Made by a program: the position numbers and the translations under genes | Assembly: GCA_963727775.1 (NCBI GenBank) | Contig: CAVSHB010000001.1 | Coordinates: forward strand, 800,001-864,000 | From: an uncultured Nitrospiraceae bacterium | GTDB taxonomy: Bacteria > Nitrospirota > Thermodesulfovibrionia > Thermodesulfovibrionales > SM23-35 | Length of the DNA: 64,000 nucleotides | Direction: 5' to 3' | The notes under the pieces: model-generated | What the model saw: the letters and a program-made list of their open reading frames with translations, nothing else | The model's database searches: none | What the model was told of the DNA's origin: nothing | Part shown: piece by piece, positions 62,837 to 64,000 of the stretch | Layout: each line of letters begins with the position of its first letter | Numbering within the stretch: position 1 is the stretch's first letter

Positions 62837-63826
62837 GTGGACACGGATATATTGACTCAGCCTCCCCCGATTATGGGGAAAAGCCCGAAGATTTTTAAGG
62901 TTTTCAGGGAAATAAAGAGGATAGCGCACAAGGACTTGCCTGTACTTATATCGGGGGAAACCGGAACATGTAAAGAACTCGTTGCAAGGGCGATTCATCA
63001 TAATAGTCCACGGACCGGCGGTCCTTTTATCACAGTAAGCATGACATCGGCCCCGGGAGAACCCGCAGAACCGGGATTGTTCGGATTCACAGGGTCTGCA
63101 GTAAAAAGAGCCGGTAAGATAGACGAGGCACATGGAGGTACCGTCTTTGTCGATGAAATTTCAGAGATTGATATGAACCAGCAGGAAAAACTCCTCTGCT
63201 TTCTCAAGGAAAAAAGCGGCCTTGCCGGTAACAGTGACTTCTGTAAATCGGATGTAAGGTTAATAGGCGCAACCAGCAGAAACCTTAAAGAGGCTGTAGC
63301 TGACGGCCGCTTCAGAAAAGACCTTTATGATATTTTCAGCAGTGTTCACATCAAGATACCTCCTCTCAGGGAGAGGAAGGAAGATATTATCTTTCTTTCA
63401 AAGTATTTATTGGATAAAGCGGTCGAGAAGTTTGAGACAGGCCCTAAAGAATTTTCGAAAGAGGCGAGGGACTTTCTGCTGCAGCATCACTGGCCGTTTA
63501 ATATGCGCGAAATTGAGAACACCATTAAGAGAGCTGTGGTTCTCTCCAAGGGATCGGTCATACAGAAAAAAGACCTCATCGGTGAGGATATAGGTTCCTG
63601 CTCTATAAAAGAGTTTCTCGAAGAAAAACTCAACCGCTATCTGAAAGAAATGACGAAACTCGAAAACTGCAATCTCTATGATACCGTGCTCTCGGAAGTG
63701 GAAAGTTCACTTATTTCTATCGTCCTCAAGGAGACTGAAGGCAACCAGTTAAGGGCCGCGAAGACGCTCGGCATCAATAGGAACACCTTAAGAGCAAAGA
63801 TCAAAGAATATAAAATCCGTTTGTAG
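62837..63826 (+). CDS. NtrC-like AAA+ regulator with Fis-type HTH, degenerate sigma54 motifs
   Basis: GETGTCKE, FVDEI, GRFRKDL, PPLRERKED, GNQLRAAKTLGINRNTLR; start uncertain (GTG 62837 after GGAG). Confidence 0.85.
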   Translation: MDTDILTQPPPIMGKSPKIFKVFREIKRIAHKDLPVLISGETGTCKELVARAIHHNSPRTGGPFITVSMTSAPGEPAEPGLFGFTGSAVKRAGKIDEAHGGTVFVDEISEIDMNQQEKLLCFLKEKSGLAGNSDFCKSDVRLIGATSRNLKEAVADGRFRKDLYDIFSSVHIKIPPLRERKEDIIFLSKYLLDKAVEKFETGPKEFSKEARDFLLQHHWPFNMREIENTIKRAVVLSKGSVIQKKDLIGEDIGSCSIKEFLEEKLNRYLKEMTKLENCNLYDTVLSEVESSLISIVLKETEGNQLRAAKTLGINRNTLRAKIKEYKIRL

Positions 63827-64000
63827 CCCAAACGTAGTGAGCATTTCTGAAGAACATGAGAAAGGGTATCCAACCCTTCACATTCTTTTAATATTATCTT
63901 CATCACTTCTTCATATTTATATCCTAATCTAATGATAAGTGGGCATTTTCTTCATCTTTCTGCAGCCGGCTCTTCCAACCTGTAATAACGGCTTGTGGCA

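Overview
Bacterial chromosomal window from a diderm (lptF/lptG), probably anaerobic organism (cooC, multiheme cytochrome). Nitrospirota/Thermodesulfovibrionia-like is my inference, not a tested assignment. 1-20.7 kb is IS-rich accessory DNA. Two near-identical inverted IS110/IS1111 copies carry a non-coding right end in which bridge/seekRNA target and donor guides can be read. They surround an 11.6-kb oxidative-stress module (perR, katG, cupin, cysteine hydrolase, Cys-rich exported protein, exported msrB-msrA, an unannotated UGA-containing candidate selenoprotein, DedA/TVP38 protein, amber-interrupted flavin disulfide reductase) bounded by a 28-bp direct repeat. A broken polysaccharide-modification cluster follows. 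20.7-30.5 kb is a phage/satellite-like island ending at tRNA-Asp (RHH, HU, NERD, PLD nuclease, a sortase beside an NHL-repeat protein with a YSTG-type sorting tail, two terS-like genes). 30.5-64 kb is mostly core: tRNA-Asp/Val, cooC, cytochrome c plus multi-kinase signalling cluster, mscL, DUF748, thyA, lptFG, GH57, LysR, rnpB, tRNA-Ile2, rpoD-dnaG-NIF3, a frameshifted rpsU and deleted yqeY, an IS5/ISNCY element inside a stop codon, and an IS1380 nested in an IS1202-type element with a 16-bp target duplication. All family calls come from motif recognition by eye; no searches were run.
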